Of a stretch of 64,000 nt of DNA, positions 37,719 through 51,056 are shown one piece after another. The DNA is from Camelus ferus (taxonomy: Eukaryota). Under the pieces are notes generated by a model. It was not told the DNA's origin and searched no databases. It saw only the letters and a program-made list of their open reading frames with translations. The stretch is from NCBI RefSeq assembly GCF_009834535.1, contig NC_045696.1, forward strand, positions 806,001-870,000. Direction: 5' to 3'. The position numbers and the translations under genes are program-made. How positions within the stretch are numbered: the stretch's first letter is position 1; every line of letters starts with the position of its first letter.

Positions 37719-38346
37719 TGTAACCAAACAGGACCCTGTGAGGCCTTCCCAGGACAGACCCTCCCTCATGTCCTCTGCCCACCTCTTGTCTGTAGAAAAC
37801 CTTTAGTCTCCGAGGATTTCCTGAGCATCAAAGAATACGCTTAATCAGAGAAGTGAGAAAATGCAGAAACAAGAAAAGCCATCAAGCACGACAAGATAAC
37901 AAGAGTTTAACCATCAGACAAAGTCAAGGACTTCAGGTTCCTCCTCCAGCGCTAGAGATAACATTCTGAGCCATGACCTCCTTTGGGCTGTTCTGCAGCT
38001 ACTGAAGCCCCGCCAGGTGGAGGAAGCTGACTGCACACTGCCCCCCGGCACGCAGACCCCAGACCAGCTGGACCCAGAAGGTGGATGATGCTGACTCCTG
38101 AGGACCTCACCACCCGCCAGTCAGAAGGGTGTCCACGAGCTGATCATGCACCACCCCACCCCCCATCCCGTCTTTAAAAACCTCCCCCTGAAAGCCTTCG
38201 GGAGTTCGGGCCTTTTGAGCACTAGCTGCCCATTCTCCTCGCTGGGCGCCTGCAATAAACACTGTGCTTTCCTCCACCACCACCCGGGATCGGTAGGTTG
38301 GCTTCACTGCACGGGGGCAAGCGGACCCGAGTTCGGTTCCATAGCA
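37719..38346 (+). mobile_element. Solo ERV LTR, second family
   Basis: Starts tgtaacc and ends gttcggttccatagca; TATA-like ctttaaaaacc (~38172) and tgcAATAAAc (~38254). No clean TSD. Confidence 0.8.
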
Positions 38347-38419
38347 AATTCTTTTATTAACAGTAATTACTAAAACTCTTCTAGGTCTTAAGGGGTTTTC
38401 ATAACTCTTCAAAACTATA

Positions 38420-38642
38420 GAGGGATAAATTAGGGATTGGGGATTAACAGACACACACAACTATCTGCAAAATAGATAAACAAGGACCTACTCTAGAGCA
38501 CAGGGAACTATATTCAATTTCTTGTAGTAACATGTAATGGAAAAGAAAAAATATCTATGTATGTTTATGTATAACTGAATCACTTTGCTGTACACCCGAA
38601 ACTAACATTGTAAATCAACTACACTTCAATAAAATTTTTTTT
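38420..38642 (+). mobile_element. 5'-truncated L1 3'UTR insertion with TSD
   Basis: Same 3'UTR family as 7405. TSD aaaactata at 38411-38419 and 38643-38651. Confidence 0.92.
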
Positions 38643-39739
38643 AAAACTATACTTAGATATAACGGGTAAAAATTTAAACAAACAGTGAAAAATAAGGCTC
38701 TCTCATACTCTTTCTGAGCCCACGGTTACTGTCAGCAGCCCCCGAGGCCCACCCACGGAGGTTCTGTTGCATGAGGAAGGAAAACGCTGTCTCGGTCCGC
38801 ACCAGGTGTGGCCTTCTTTCCCATCAATACACCTGAGAACTCTGTGTGAATCTCTGTTTGAAGCCGTTTGAACTCACACTCAGAGGCACCTCGGCACGCA
38901 ATGGGAAACACTGAACACTTTCAATTTCAGAGAAATTAACCAAAATCTTCCCCACACAGTGCTCTGCAGACTCGACCCCCTCAGATTCACGGGGCTCTTT
39001 CTCCGGCCACTGCCTGCACGATTCCCTCTCGGATGCTCTGATCTCTGACAAACTGAGAGACGGAAATGTCACCCCATCAGCTTCACTGTTTGAGGCTTTA
39101 AAACTGTGAACATCTTCGGTTGAGCTCTTCTCTTCTTTACGTCTCCTGACCATCTGTCCTTTGTGTGGGGGGGAAGGCCTGCTCGCAGCCTCTGTCCCCA
39201 GAGCAGAACGGGCGATGACTCACCGCGGATGACTCAGGAGTGACCACATTTACACCCCACCGCCCATAGCGAGTCCTTGTCTAGCTATTTCTGGCTCTTC
39301 TGCTGTTAGTCTCTGAGCAATGTTTCCAAATTCCTCCTCATTGAGGAGCAGGAAGCCTGCTGCTGGCAGCCCTCTGCCCCTCGGGGTGCTCACCCTCTCC
39401 CCCCAGCTGCTGTGAGTCCCGCTGCTGCCCCTGGAAGGTCTGCAACACGGGAGTCCTGCTCTCCACGCCCCGTGAGCACTGTGCATGAGGGTCTCCGCCA
39501 GCTTCTCTCTGACCCGCCACCCTCACCCTGTGGCACTCCAGGCGCTCGTTCCACTTCAAGGAGCTCTTCCACCGACGGCCCGTAAGCATCATCTTCCCCG
39601 GGTCCTCACATTTGAAAGTGGACTATTGAGAAATTTCTTTCTTTCCTAAAGCTTTTGTGCACTTTTCTACCCTTTTATCTAGCATGAAAATTGCTGTGGA
39701 AACATCTGGGGCCAGCCTGATAACTCTCCCTCACAAATA

Positions 39740-39975
39740 TCGACACACATAGAAAAATGGGTGAAAGGAGAAAAGCACCTCATAAAAGAAGAGGTCCGAA
39801 CGGCCAATCAGCACATGAAGAGGTACCCAGTCTCACAGTAATCAGAGATGCAAATTAAAACCCAAAATAGATGTAAATAAATACATGCTCCCACACTGCC
39901 TAAAATAAAACAGTCTGGCAACACCCTGCCAAGTGCTGGCAAGGATAAGGAGCAAGGAAACTTCTAAACACCTTC
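39740..39975 (+). mobile_element. Old L1 ORF2 3' fragment
   Basis: gcacatgaagagg, atcagagatgcaaattaaaac and ccaagtgctggcaagga motifs. Confidence 0.7.
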
Positions 39976-40051
39976 CAGTCACTCAGGCCAAAAGACTTGT
40001 CCACAAGCCCATCTTCTTATTTCTGAAAGTGAGCCATTAAGAAACAGTCTA

Positions 40052-40180
40052 CAGAATCATAAACTCAGAGAATTTTAAAACTGGAAGAGATCTTTGAGCA
40101 TGCATCAGTTAATCTGAACTTCTTATTTGGAGGTGCGAAGACAGAGGTCCAGAGAGAATAAAATCACCTATTCAAGGTTA
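40052..40180 (-). mobile_element. MIR fragment
   Basis: agaatcata...ctggaagagatcttt...acagaggtccagagag...ttcaaggtta resembles the antisense MIR core. Confidence 0.6.
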
Positions 40181-40585
40181 TTCGTGTTTATGTTCTTTTT
40201 TTTTAGATTCCACGTATGAGCGATCTCATATGGTATTTTTCTTTCTCTTTCTGGCTTACTTCACTTAGAATGACATTCTCCAGGGACATCCATGTTGCTG
40301 CAAATGGCGTAATGTTGTCATTTTTATGGCTGAATAGTATTCCATTGTATAAATACACCACACTTCTTTATCCAGTCATCTGTTGATGGACATTTAGGCT
40401 GTTTCCATGTCTTGGCTATTGTAAATAGTGCTGCTATGAACACTGGGGTGCAAGTGTCTTTTTGAAGTTGGGTTCCTTCTGGATATATGCTCAGGAGCGG
40501 GATTCCTGGGTCATATGGTAGGTCTATTCCTAGTCTTCTGAGGAATCTCCATACTGTTTTCCACAGTGGCTGTACCAAACTGCAC
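40181..40585 (-). mobile_element. Young L1 internal fragment (ORF2 C-terminus, no 3' tail)
   Basis: Translates to [32 protein letters not shown]...FIAALFTIAKTWKQPKCPSTDDWIKK, the L1 ORF2p C-terminal domain. Confidence 0.95.
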
Positions 40586-43500
40586 TGGTCTGACTACTTT
40601 TACTCAGCATAATTCTTTTGCCAGTCCCAATGTCACTGTGTGATCATATACCAGTGTCACTGCGTATTCATTCATTGATGGATGGACGTTTCCAGTATTT
40701 TATTATTTTAGCTATTAAAGACAAATTTCTGCAATGTTCCTGTTCAGAGCTTTGTATGGACACATGCTTTCATCACTCCTGGGTAGACACCTAATAGTGG
40801 AATGGCTGGTGGACGTATATTGAATTAGCTTTTTGGCTTAATTGCCAAAATGCTTTCCAAAGTAAATGTGCTATCTTACATTCTCACAAGCAGTATGAGA
40901 TGTTCTCCAACTTTGCCAATGCCCAGCATGTGGGGTCACACCAGGTGGTAGCTCACTGTGGACTGAATTTGCATATGCTAATGAGCAACGATGCTGGACT
41001 TCTGTTCATGTACTTATCTGCCATCCACATATTTTCTTTGGCGAAGTGGACTTCTGGTCACTTGTAATCAGATTGTTTTTTCCCTCAGCATTACATTCTA
41101 GGAGTCTCTTATACTTTCCAGATACGTGAGATTTGCAAATGTTTTCTCGCAGTCTGTGACTTGTCTTTCCATTCTCTTAACAATGTCTTTTGGAGAGCAG
41201 AAAATTTTGAAAATGTTTCACTTAATTCCAAGTTAGGAACTTGTTTATGGAAATGCTTTTAATGTCGTAACTAAGAAAACTTTGCCTAACGCGATGTCAC
41301 AAAAAATATCTCACGTATTGTCCTTGACGTCTCATAGTGTTGAATTTTAGACTTCTGATCTACTTTAATTTTTATACATGATGGGAGATACGAATCAAAG
41401 GTCTTTTTTCTTGCATCTAAATGTATAATTATTCCAGCACCATGTTTTCGAAAAAACTAGCCCTTTTCCCACTAAATTGTGCCTTAGCACTGTTGTTGAA
41501 AACTAACTGACCACCCCTGTGTAAGTCTATTTCTGAACTCTCTGTTCCAATCCACTGATCTGCTTGTCTGTCTTAACACCAATATCACATTGTCTTGATT
41601 ACTGTAGCTTATAATAAACCATGAAACCAAGTAATAAGTCATCAAATTTCTACCAAAACACCAGTTGGAATTCTACTTGAGAGTCCGCTGAATCCATGGA
41701 CCAACTTGCGGAGAGTTAACATCTTAACTATACTGAGTCTTCGGAACCATGAGCGGCGGTGTATCTCTCCACTCAACAATTCCTTTCAGTAATGTTTTGC
41801 TATTGAAAATAGCACTTTTTCCATTTCTAATCATTTGTTGACAGAATAGAGAAATACAGCTGATTTTCGTACCCTGTATCCTGTCACCTCACTGAGCTCA
41901 GTTCTTCCTGAAGCCCCTTTTCGATGCTGTAGGGTGTCTTACACAGACAGACATGCTGGCTGAGAGTACAGATCGTTTTACTTCTTTCCACTTTCAACGC
42001 CTTTTATTTCTCAGTGAACTTGCTAGAACCTCTGGAAAGTATTTAGCAGGAGAGGTGAGAGCACGTGTCCTTGCTGCACTCTTGCCTGTGGGGATGCCCA
42101 GGGTCTCGCTGTGACGACCACAGTGCCAGCTCTGGCTCTGTCACAGATGTCCTTCATTGGAAGCATCCCTGATACTAGTGTCCTGAAAGGTTTTATCCAG
42201 AATGGGTGTTGAATGTTATCAAACACTTGTACCGCATATACTGAGAGGACACTGTTTTTTGCTTTTAGTCTGTTAATATGATGAGTTATGTCAATTAATT
42301 TTAGAATGCAAAAGGTACTCTGAATTTCTGGAATAAACCTCAATTACTTTTACAATACGCCGCATTCAATTTGCTAAAATTTTGTCCATGTATGTTCACA
42401 AGGAATTTTTGCCTCCAGCTTTCTTCTCTTCTAATGCCTTTGCCTGGTTTTGTAATAGACAAGAACAAATCTGACTCCATATGAGATCTGTTCCTTTGGC
42501 TTTAACCGTGTGTCCTGTTTTCTGCGCTTAGTCTTGCTAGCTCTGCACTCACATAAAGATAACAAGTTTCAGAACAGAGAATAACATTTGTTTTGTTGGA
42601 GGTTTTGCAGGAGCACCATGACCTGACCCACATGGACAGCTGCAAGAACAAAGAATTCCTACACCAAAAAGTCTGCAACAACCAACCACACCCGCTCCTC
42701 TGTTTCTGTATAAAAGGAGCCTGTATTCTGACGTGGGGAGGATGGTTCTCCAAGGCATTAGTCTGCCATCCTCTCGGTCTGCCGGCTTTCCAAATAAAGT
42801 TGCTGTTCCTTGCCCCAACAACTTGTCTCCCGATTTATTGGTCTGTCATGTGGTGAGCAGAACGAGTTTGGACTTGGTAACAGTTTAACAATCAGGGTAA
42901 TACTGGACTCAGAATGATTTAGGATCATTCTGATGATCATAGAAGGAATCAGAATGATCCTTCTATTCCCTCCTTTTCGATCTTCTGGAAGAGAAAGCAC
43001 ACTTAGCACTATGTCTTCCTTAAATATTTGATAAAGTGCACTAGTAAAGCCGTTTGGGCCTGGGGCTTTTCCTGGGCAGAGGTTTACAATAAAAATTTAA
43101 TTTTTAAATACATATAGGAGAATTCGGGTAAATAGCCTCTACTTGAGTTGGCTTTGGTATTGTCTTTCAAAAAATGTGTACATTTCATCTAAGTAATTTA
43201 ATGTGTTGGCATACAGCTGATCACGGTATATCCACTTTTTCCTGCGTCTGGCCAGAGGTTTATCAAGTTTATTGATTTTCATAAAGAACCGCCATTTGCT
43301 TTCACTGATTTTCTCTATTGTTGTTTCTGGCTTATGCTCCATTAATTTCTGTTTTGATTCTTACTATTTCCCTTATTCGGCTTACTTTAATTTGATGTTC
43401 TTCTGGTTCTTTAAGGGGATAGCTGAAGACGCTAACTTGAGACTATTCATTACTGGTCAGTCTTCAGTCCTTGAAGTTTCCTTTAAGCACTGCTTTAGCT

Positions 43501-43700
43501 GCTCCCCAAATATCTGGATATGTTGTGTCCTCATCCCCAGGCACTCATTTCTGTGGGGGTCTCTTCTTGACACAGGGGTTGTTTAGAAGTGTGCTGTCTA
43601 ACGCACAGGTATTTGAGGATTTCCAGACCCCGTCCTATTACTGATTTCTCAAGGGCTTCCGCCGCGGTCAGAGAGCACACGTGGTGTGATCTGAAGTCAC
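40586..43700 (-). mobile_element. Old L1 (ORF2), interrupted by an LTR
   Basis: Antisense L1 motifs attccagcaccat, tgtcttgattactgtagcttat, aatgggtgttgaat and atcagggtaatactgg. ORF remnant FDNIQHPF..LSPLLLN at 42023-42343. Confidence 0.9.
42451..42882 (+). mobile_element. Solo ERV LTR (ERV1-like)
   Basis: TGT...ACA termini with a perfect 4-bp TSD gttt (42447-42450 / 42883-42886), plus tataaaaggagc and AATAAA. Confidence 0.93.
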
Positions 43701-46700
43701 TCGGACGTATGTCACAGCTCAGACCGGCTCCGCCACAGATGTTCTGCGCGCACTTCAGCTGCGAGCCTGCTGGTAATTAAACCCTCTTCCCAACGACGCC
43801 ACCCTCATCGCTCCATCTCCTGCACAGCTGGTCCCAGATAAGAAGCTTAGAGGGAGAGGGGGCGTTTTGAACTCCCAGGGGCTCGCCTCTATGAGGTGAA
43901 GTTAGCAGAGGACCCCTGCTCTGTCTTCAGCAGCAACTTCTGGGAAAACAGAGACGAGGAAGCACAAGGTTTTCAGGGCATGGGTGATGGGTGTCAGACA
44001 AAAGCGGAAATTCACTGGGAAAACTGTGTATCCCAAAGGAATGTAAGGGAAAATATGATCTTCTCCATATCTAGAAAAAAATAAGAAAATCAGGTCATTT
44101 TGGCCTAGAGGAAGGCTTGGTTGCTCCAGTATCTAGGGCTTGCATCTGTCTTGATTTAGCTAATATTTGGAAACTAATGCAGATCTTAAAAAAAAAAACC
44201 AAAAAACAAAAAACCCATTCCTTAACCAAAAGTGTCCAAGCCTGCTACGAAGCCAAGGGAAGGGTAGGACGGGGATTTGGGGGCAACCTGCCCAGGTCTC
44301 CGGTCTGGTGAGAATGCCTGTCTGATGGATTAAACACACTGAACTCGCTCCTGTGCTAAACAGGACTGGCTGTGCTCAACTGTACTGGCCTATTTTATCC
44401 TCAAATATAAAAACTAAATTCAAATATATATTTTCCAGAGGACATGAATATAGCTGAATCTGCCATCTAAAATATATCTCCTGTGATTCCAGGACCTCGG
44501 AACTGAATGCAATCTGGAGCGTCCCCTGGGCCCCCCGACACTTGGCCATGCTCCTATATCATTTCTGGTGGGGGGGCCATCCACCCGGCCCCTGGGGCCC
44601 AGCTGACAGAGCCTCTCAGGATCTGCTGCTGAGATCCCCGCAGAGCTTTCCCTCCTGAGCCCACCCTGGAACCCTCAGCCCCCACCCCGGGTTCTGGGGA
44701 TGCCACATGCAGCCCCAGAGACACATCTGTGACACAGCTCCCCAGTCTCAGGCCTGCCCCCCCCACCCTCCGTGCCACACTCTCCAGGGTCAGGGCCACA
44801 AGCTCAGGGCTCGTGGACAAGAAGGCGTCATGGGACCTGGTGGGGCAGCCTCTCCTGGCTGCAGCGGGGCCGGGGTGCTGCACCACAGTGCTGTTCTCAC
44901 AGCCTCACTGCCCAGTGACACTGCACCACCCCGGCTTGGGACAATACGCGGCTCAGGACGTGCGCACACCTGCCGCGCTCCCGCCACCCGCTAGCCTCCA
45001 CGGTGAGTCACAGGCAGCCCAGCTCTCGGCGTCTTTACTGAACACCCGCCCCGCCGTGTGCTTCAAATAAAAGCCAGTGAGGTCACTGAACACGTCGCCT
45101 GGGGGACCCTGTGTGGAATGACTGGTTAGCCCGTCCACCTGGCCTCAAACGGGATCATCTGCTGAGCATGAACATGGGAAAAGCGAGATGTTACGAAAGC
45201 CAAAGCATGGTTCCAGACAACGAGAGCAGCAACGCAGAGCCCAGCTGAACACGAGGGGGGACCGGGTCCGGGGGAGGCTGTGGCCAGCCACACCATTCAC
45301 TCCCACTCCCAGATTCCTAATGAGACCAGCAAAGAAATCAGGACAACAAACACTCAGGGCCACACTCGTGGAGGCCCTTCTGCCAGCTCTCAGGTGACAG
45401 CATGGGGGCTGGAATTCCGAGGCCCCTCTGAAGTCCTTCCAGAAACAGTGTGGGCATGGAGGCCAGGGCGAGGAGACACTGGCCTCAGAGAAATGCGGGG
45501 CCAGGGAGCTTCCCCCGACAGCCTATGGACTGCTGGCTCCCAAATTCATGTGAGGCCCAGCCGAAGGGACTGTCACCCAGCTCAAAGTCCAAGGACCTAA
45601 GAGAGGACCCCGGCGACAGAGGAGGGGCTTGCAGAACATGACCACACACTCTGGGGCGCAGGTAAGGCAGGACTGACTGATGTCCCCTTCAGGCACAAGC
45701 AAACAGAGACACAGAAGGCATGGAAAACATTCTGCCATGCAAAGAAAACACAAAGGCCCAGCAGGAGGGAGAGGATGAACACATGCTCAGAGTCGTGTGG
45801 AAAAGGAAACACAAGGGGTTTCAGTCAGCAGCCCGCCATGTGCTTTCAGAGAGAACGAACACAAAACTGATGGAACAAGAGATTTAAGGAGTGCACGGCG
45901 GCCTTCTAAAAGCAAGGACAGCAAGAGCACTGAGAAGCAACGTTCTGATAGAACGTCAAGTGCTTTAGATGAGGTCTGGGCAATCTGCACAAGAGTGTCG
46001 GGCTCCGGGGCCTGAAGGAGACCCTGCAGCCGGGGGCGGGGCGGGCAGCGCCAGGCCCACCTGCACGCCCCTCGGGCACTAGCGTCTTCCAGCATTTTCA
46101 AGAAGCTGCTGAAATCATCCAAATGCCAGTTCCTTCTCTGGTGATGCAGATACAACAGTCGCCCCGGCAGGAGGTTACAGGATTCGAGTGACCAGCCCAC
46201 GGGGAGCGAGGGCTCCCTGGAGGGCTCCCAGTCAGCCCTGCACACAGGGAGCAGGTGCTCCAGGCACAGGCGTGGGAGGGCCGGCCCCCACCCGAGGAGC
46301 AGGTGGAACACCTCCCCACTGGATTTAGATCTCAGACTAAAGGCAGGAGCGCCCCGGGGGAGAGCATCTCACAGGCCCGGGACCCACAGGGCCCCAAGAA
46401 GGAGGGTGGAGACCGCAGGCCCGCAGGACCTTACCCAGAGCCGGGTGCCGCTGCGGCCCCTCTGCCGAACAGCCCACAACATCTGCCCTCTGCGGGTTTG
46501 CGCTCACGGGCCAGGGCGCAGCGGTGGCCCCAGACGTCTGTCTACACCGGCAGGAAGAGGGGCCACGTCTGGCTCAGGGCCTCCGGGTGCACTGCCACCG
46601 GCTCCTATCCGCTGGGCAAGCGATGAAAGTTCCCAGGAGGTAAAGCTCCCAGCTTCCCAGGCAATGTGTGCATTAAATAGGAGTGTTCTGAGCCACCTTC

Positions 46701-47599
46701 ACTGCTTCCTTTGCTGAACAAATTTAAATCTCCACAACTTAGGAAGAAAAGGCACGTTGATATCTTTCACTAAATCAAGTTGAATTACCAGGAAACTATC
46801 ACACAAGAAGGTGATAATGATATGCCAGAAAATGTGAATGAATCTCCCTTCAAATGTACCTGCTTTGCCCCATCGGAATCCATGACTCTGCCCCACAGTC
46901 TGATGCTAAGTAACAAGAACCCTGCTAATGACTGTCACCGCGAAACTGAACCGCCTTCAGCAACTTGCTGTAAGTAAAAGCGAAGTCAGTAACCACATTC
47001 CAAACGTGAAGGCTCCCGCCACAGAGGTCTCCATCGGGGTGAGGCGCTCTGCTGCGGAACAGGAGCAGAACGGGCCGGGGGACAGGTGAGAGCAATGGCC
47101 GGGGACAGGCCGCTGGCCGCAGGGCTCGGCCAGGGCCATGGCCCGGGGGTTTCCCCCTGAACACGGTGAGAAGGCAGTTCCACCAGCATGGGTGCCGGGA
47201 GCAGCCCAACAGACAGAAGCTGGCACGTCCTGGCAAGGACACTGGCCGTGGCTCTGGCCAGCCTGGGGAGCAGCAGGGACCAGAGAGCACAGGCACCTCC
47301 TCAAACAGTCACACAAAGCCCCAAACCCTGACAGCTCATCTGTGCTCCCTGGGGCTCCGCTCACCCTCAACCCTCGGAGGGCCCTTCCCTCCTCCCGCCC
47401 CGACAGCCCTCCTCCCCGAGCCCCTTCAGTGCCCGTGTCACTGCTCCACTTGCGGGGGCCTGGCCGGGGACTGACCGTGTCCAGGGCAGGAGCAGGGGCC
47501 TGGCCAGGTCCTCCATACAGTGAGCCAACGCAGACCTGCCTCTGTCACCCGAGCACGTTCCTCTGGGTCCTTCATTTACTAAAATGGGGCCAAGAGGGT

Positions 47600-48200
47600 G
47601 CCCCCCAGGGAGGCAGAGTGGTGCGGCTGCCGTGGAAAATGGGCTGGCAGTTCCTCCATAAAGGGACATGTAACAACCACGTGACCCGCCAAGTCCACTC
47701 TTAGGAAACGTCCCAAAGAAGTGACAACTGGCGTTCAAACAAAAACTGGTACAAGAGTATTCACGGCAGCACCACGCACACGCGAACGGCAGGGAAAGGC
47801 CACGTGTCCACGACAGAGAAGGGGAAGCATATCTGGTCCATCCACATGATGGGACACTCTTCACCTGTAGGAACGAAGTTCTGGAACCCACTACCATGTG
47901 GAAAACCCCCAGAAGTGCGAAGGGAAAGAGCCAGACACAGAGTCCACACGCTGCAGGGCCTGCTCATATGCAGCGTCTAGAACAGGCAAGCGGGCCGCAG
48001 GCACGGGGGGGGGGGAGGCGGGCTAGGCTGGGGGCGCCTGCCTCATAAGGCCGGGGCTGTATTTTGGGGTGATGACCACGTCTGGAAACCAGACGGACAT
48101 GGTGGCTGCACAACATTGTCATGTGCTCAGTGCCACTGAACTGTACGTTTTTAAATGGTTATTTTTATATTATGTAAATTATGTCTCAAAAAGAAAAAGG
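47600..48200 (+). mobile_element. L1M 3' end, strongly GC-shifted
   Basis: ggcagttcctc, gaaagagccagacacaga, catggtggctgcacaacattgt and tgccactgaactgtacgttttta motifs. Confidence 0.8.
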
Positions 48201-48668
48201 AGAAAAATGACCACCTGAGAGCTGCTTTTAGGGTCAGAAGAGAGGACTGTGTGTGTGCGCACTGCATTGCGTGTACAAGCGTGAATGTGTGCACGTGCGT
48301 GTGAGTGCGCAGACGATAGATGACGGGTAGGCAGGTGGACGTGTGTTTATACATTTGCACACCTGCCTGACGCGCAGCAGTGGGAACTCCGCTTTTTCTG
48401 GTTGATTGCGTGGCGGCCTTCCCATGTGGTTAAAAAAAAGAAGCCCCAGCTCGAAACAATCCCCAAGGTCATGAGCCCTGAGGCCTGAAGGGCAGAGAGG
48501 CTCCCTCTGGTTGGCAGCGCCCTGGCAACAGCCCAGCCTTCAGGGTATAAAGAGGCAGCTGCCCGTCCCTCTGGCCTTTCCGACGACCAGCAAGTGGTCT
48601 GGGACCACGGGGCCTGCACCCAGGGCAGCTCCGGTCACTCTCCCACAATGCACACACCCAAAACATGG

Positions 48669-48925
48669 TGTCCTGGTCACCTCGGGCAGCCGTGACTCCA
48701 CCACAGACGGGGCGGCTTTAAGGACAGACACTGTCTCTCCCTGTTCTGGAGGCTGAACTTCCGGGCCCAGGGCACTGGCGTGGTGGGTCCCCAGGGAGGC
48801 CCCGTCCTCATGCTGGGGAAAGTGCTGGGTTCTCCTGCTGGTCTCATAAGGCCACACCCTGAGGATCTCATTCAACCCTAATGACCTCTCCAAAGGCCAG
48901 TCTCCAGAGGCAGTCACACAGAAAC
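48669..48925 (-). mobile_element. MaLR LTR (MLT1A-like), decayed
   Basis: ccacagacggggcggcttta, ctgttctggaggctg and tcattcaaccctaatgacctctccaaaggccagtctcca motifs. Confidence 0.7.
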
Positions 48926-50630
48926 CTGGAGGGACACCAGGCAACCTCCCGCACAGAGTGCGACTTCTGAGGAGGAGAGAACTGAGTCTATGAGCCGTTA
49001 GTGACTCCAGTGGCCTGACCCTGAGCCCTGGGGGCAGCTAGAGGCCCTGCGCCTCTGCGGTGACCTCCAACGGCGGGGGGGGGGGGGGCGGCGGCTGTGT
49101 CAGGACCGCGAGGAGCAGGGAATGGGGTAAAGTCCCTTAAAGGTGCCCTTGGCATTTCCACACTTAAAAGGCAAACTAGCCTCTGCCCAACAACGTTCCC
49201 CATGACCTGTTTCTCAGCAGAGTCTCCTCGAGGCCCCCTGCAGCGCCCAGCTGAAAACATTACTCTTGGCACAGTGACCAGACTGAACACCGCCAAGCCT
49301 TCCCCACTCAGGGCTGCGAGGGAGGAGAATCGCCTGCCCTGATTCAGGACTGATGACTTGCTTCATTTTCTCTGACCCTTAAGCATCATCCTGGTCACTC
49401 TGGAGAAGGTCAGTGTCCCCCAGGGAGTCCCCACGATGCCCGGCTGAAGCGGTGTCTGGGCTGGAGGCGAGGGAGCCCCTGGTGACCAGCCCTGAAGTGG
49501 GAGTCCCTGGGGCCCTGGGATGGCAGACACCGAGAAGCCTCCCCGAGCCCAGGGCCTCTTCAGAGCCTGTGGCTGGCATACAGCTCCTCCATGCAGGTGC
49601 TGACTTGGGTTTAACCTGAGCATTTCCCTCTGTTCATCTCTGTTGTTCTAATATTTTAAGCTGTTGTTTCTACCAACTTCATTTCAGGAACATCATTTTT
49701 CTAAAACAAAACATCTGATCACAACTGATCCCGGCTTTACACCCGCCAAGGGCTCACGCTAACCCAAGGACCCGGCTGCCGCTGCTGGAAGGGTCTGCTG
49801 GGCCCCAGTCCTGGCTCCCCGGCCCTCCCCGACAGCACCCCAGCCACCCTGCAGTGGTCACCGATGTGCAGTCACCTGCCCATGGAGGCCATTGGCTCAC
49901 ACTGCTCGTCCACCTGGAGCACAAACGCCTGGCCGCAAGGGCAGCCACCTCCAGCTTGACAGGGTCCCACAGCAGCCCAGACCCCAGCAAGATGGGCTGG
50001 CATCAGACTTGGCCTTGAAGACAGAGGGGTAATTAAGATGGTCCCCCGTAGAGGGGAGGCATAGGCTGCTCCCAGATGTGGCAGAACGCCCCGGGGCAAG
50101 GGCCCCTCTGGATCGGGGCGGGGTAGATGTGCCTGCATCTGTATGCAGGCGTGTGTGCGTGAGGGACACGCGTGGATTCCCACACACGTTCCTGTCTCAC
50201 TTTACATACAAGATACCAACACACACACCTCCAGCTGGCATCTGGAAACTTGTCTAAAGCTCTAATGCTCATCAACTCACTAAATGCACATAAAATTTGC
50301 ACACTAAATATTTCCCTTAATTTTTCTTTAGAAAAGGAATCTTAGGAGCTGCCAAGGTTGCCCTGGCTGTGGGAGTAGCAGCCCCTGTATGCTCGCACCA
50401 GCCCCTGCAGAGGCACTGCCATGTCGGGAACTCTGGGCACCAGGAGGGCGCCCCCAGGTCAAGGTCACTCAGGAGACACGGGGTGAAGCTGGGATTCAAC
50501 CTGAGGGAACTGGTCCAAGGTCAACTGTGAATCAGATGGGAGCTACTCCGCTCACCTCGGCAGCAATGCCTGGATAATCTCAACACTCGTCTCGACCCAC
50601 AGCCTGGGCCGAGTGCCAAAACCCGGGCAG

Positions 50631-51056
50631 TTAAGTTTGTTTTCTACGTCTGTGAGTCTATTTCTGTTTTGTAAATAAGTCCATTTGTGTCATTTTTTTA
50701 GATTCCACATATAAGTGATGTCATATGGTATTTGTCTTTCTCTGTCTGATTCACTTCACTTAGTAGAAAACAAACTTCTGGTTACCAAAGGGGAAAGGCA
50801 GGGAGGGATAAATTGGGATTTGGGATTAGCAAATACAAACTACTATATGTAAAATAGATAAACAACAAGGTCTTACTGTACAGCACAGAGAACTATATTC
50901 AATAGCTTGTAATAAGCTCTAATGTAGAAGAATATATATGTATGACTGAATTACTATGCTGTACACCAGAAACTAACAGCACACTGTAAATCAACTATAC
51001 TTCAATTTTAAAAAAAGAAAGAACTGAATGAAGGAACAAAACAAAAACCAAAACAA
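50631..51056 (+). mobile_element. 5'-inverted (twin-primed) L1 insertion
   Basis: 50633-50764 is antisense L1 (end of ORF2) and 50764-51020 is sense 3'UTR plus A tail. Confidence 0.9.

Noticed and set aside
38824..39153. 109-aa charged ORF (MVRRRKEEK...)
   Set aside because: It lies in decayed minus-strand L1-like sequence with no homology I can name.
40324..40578. Functional protein-coding gene
   Set aside because: It is a short fragment of L1 ORF2p that frameshifts out near its end.
10179..42882. One provirus bounded by the two related LTRs
   Set aside because: Each LTR has its own TSD, they are 32 kb apart, and there is no PBS or gag/pol/env between them.
46062..46138. Possible minus-strand exon (RRNWHLDDFSSFLKMLEDAS...)
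   Set aside because: Weak pyrimidine tract and donor (gtgggc), and the peptide is not recognised.
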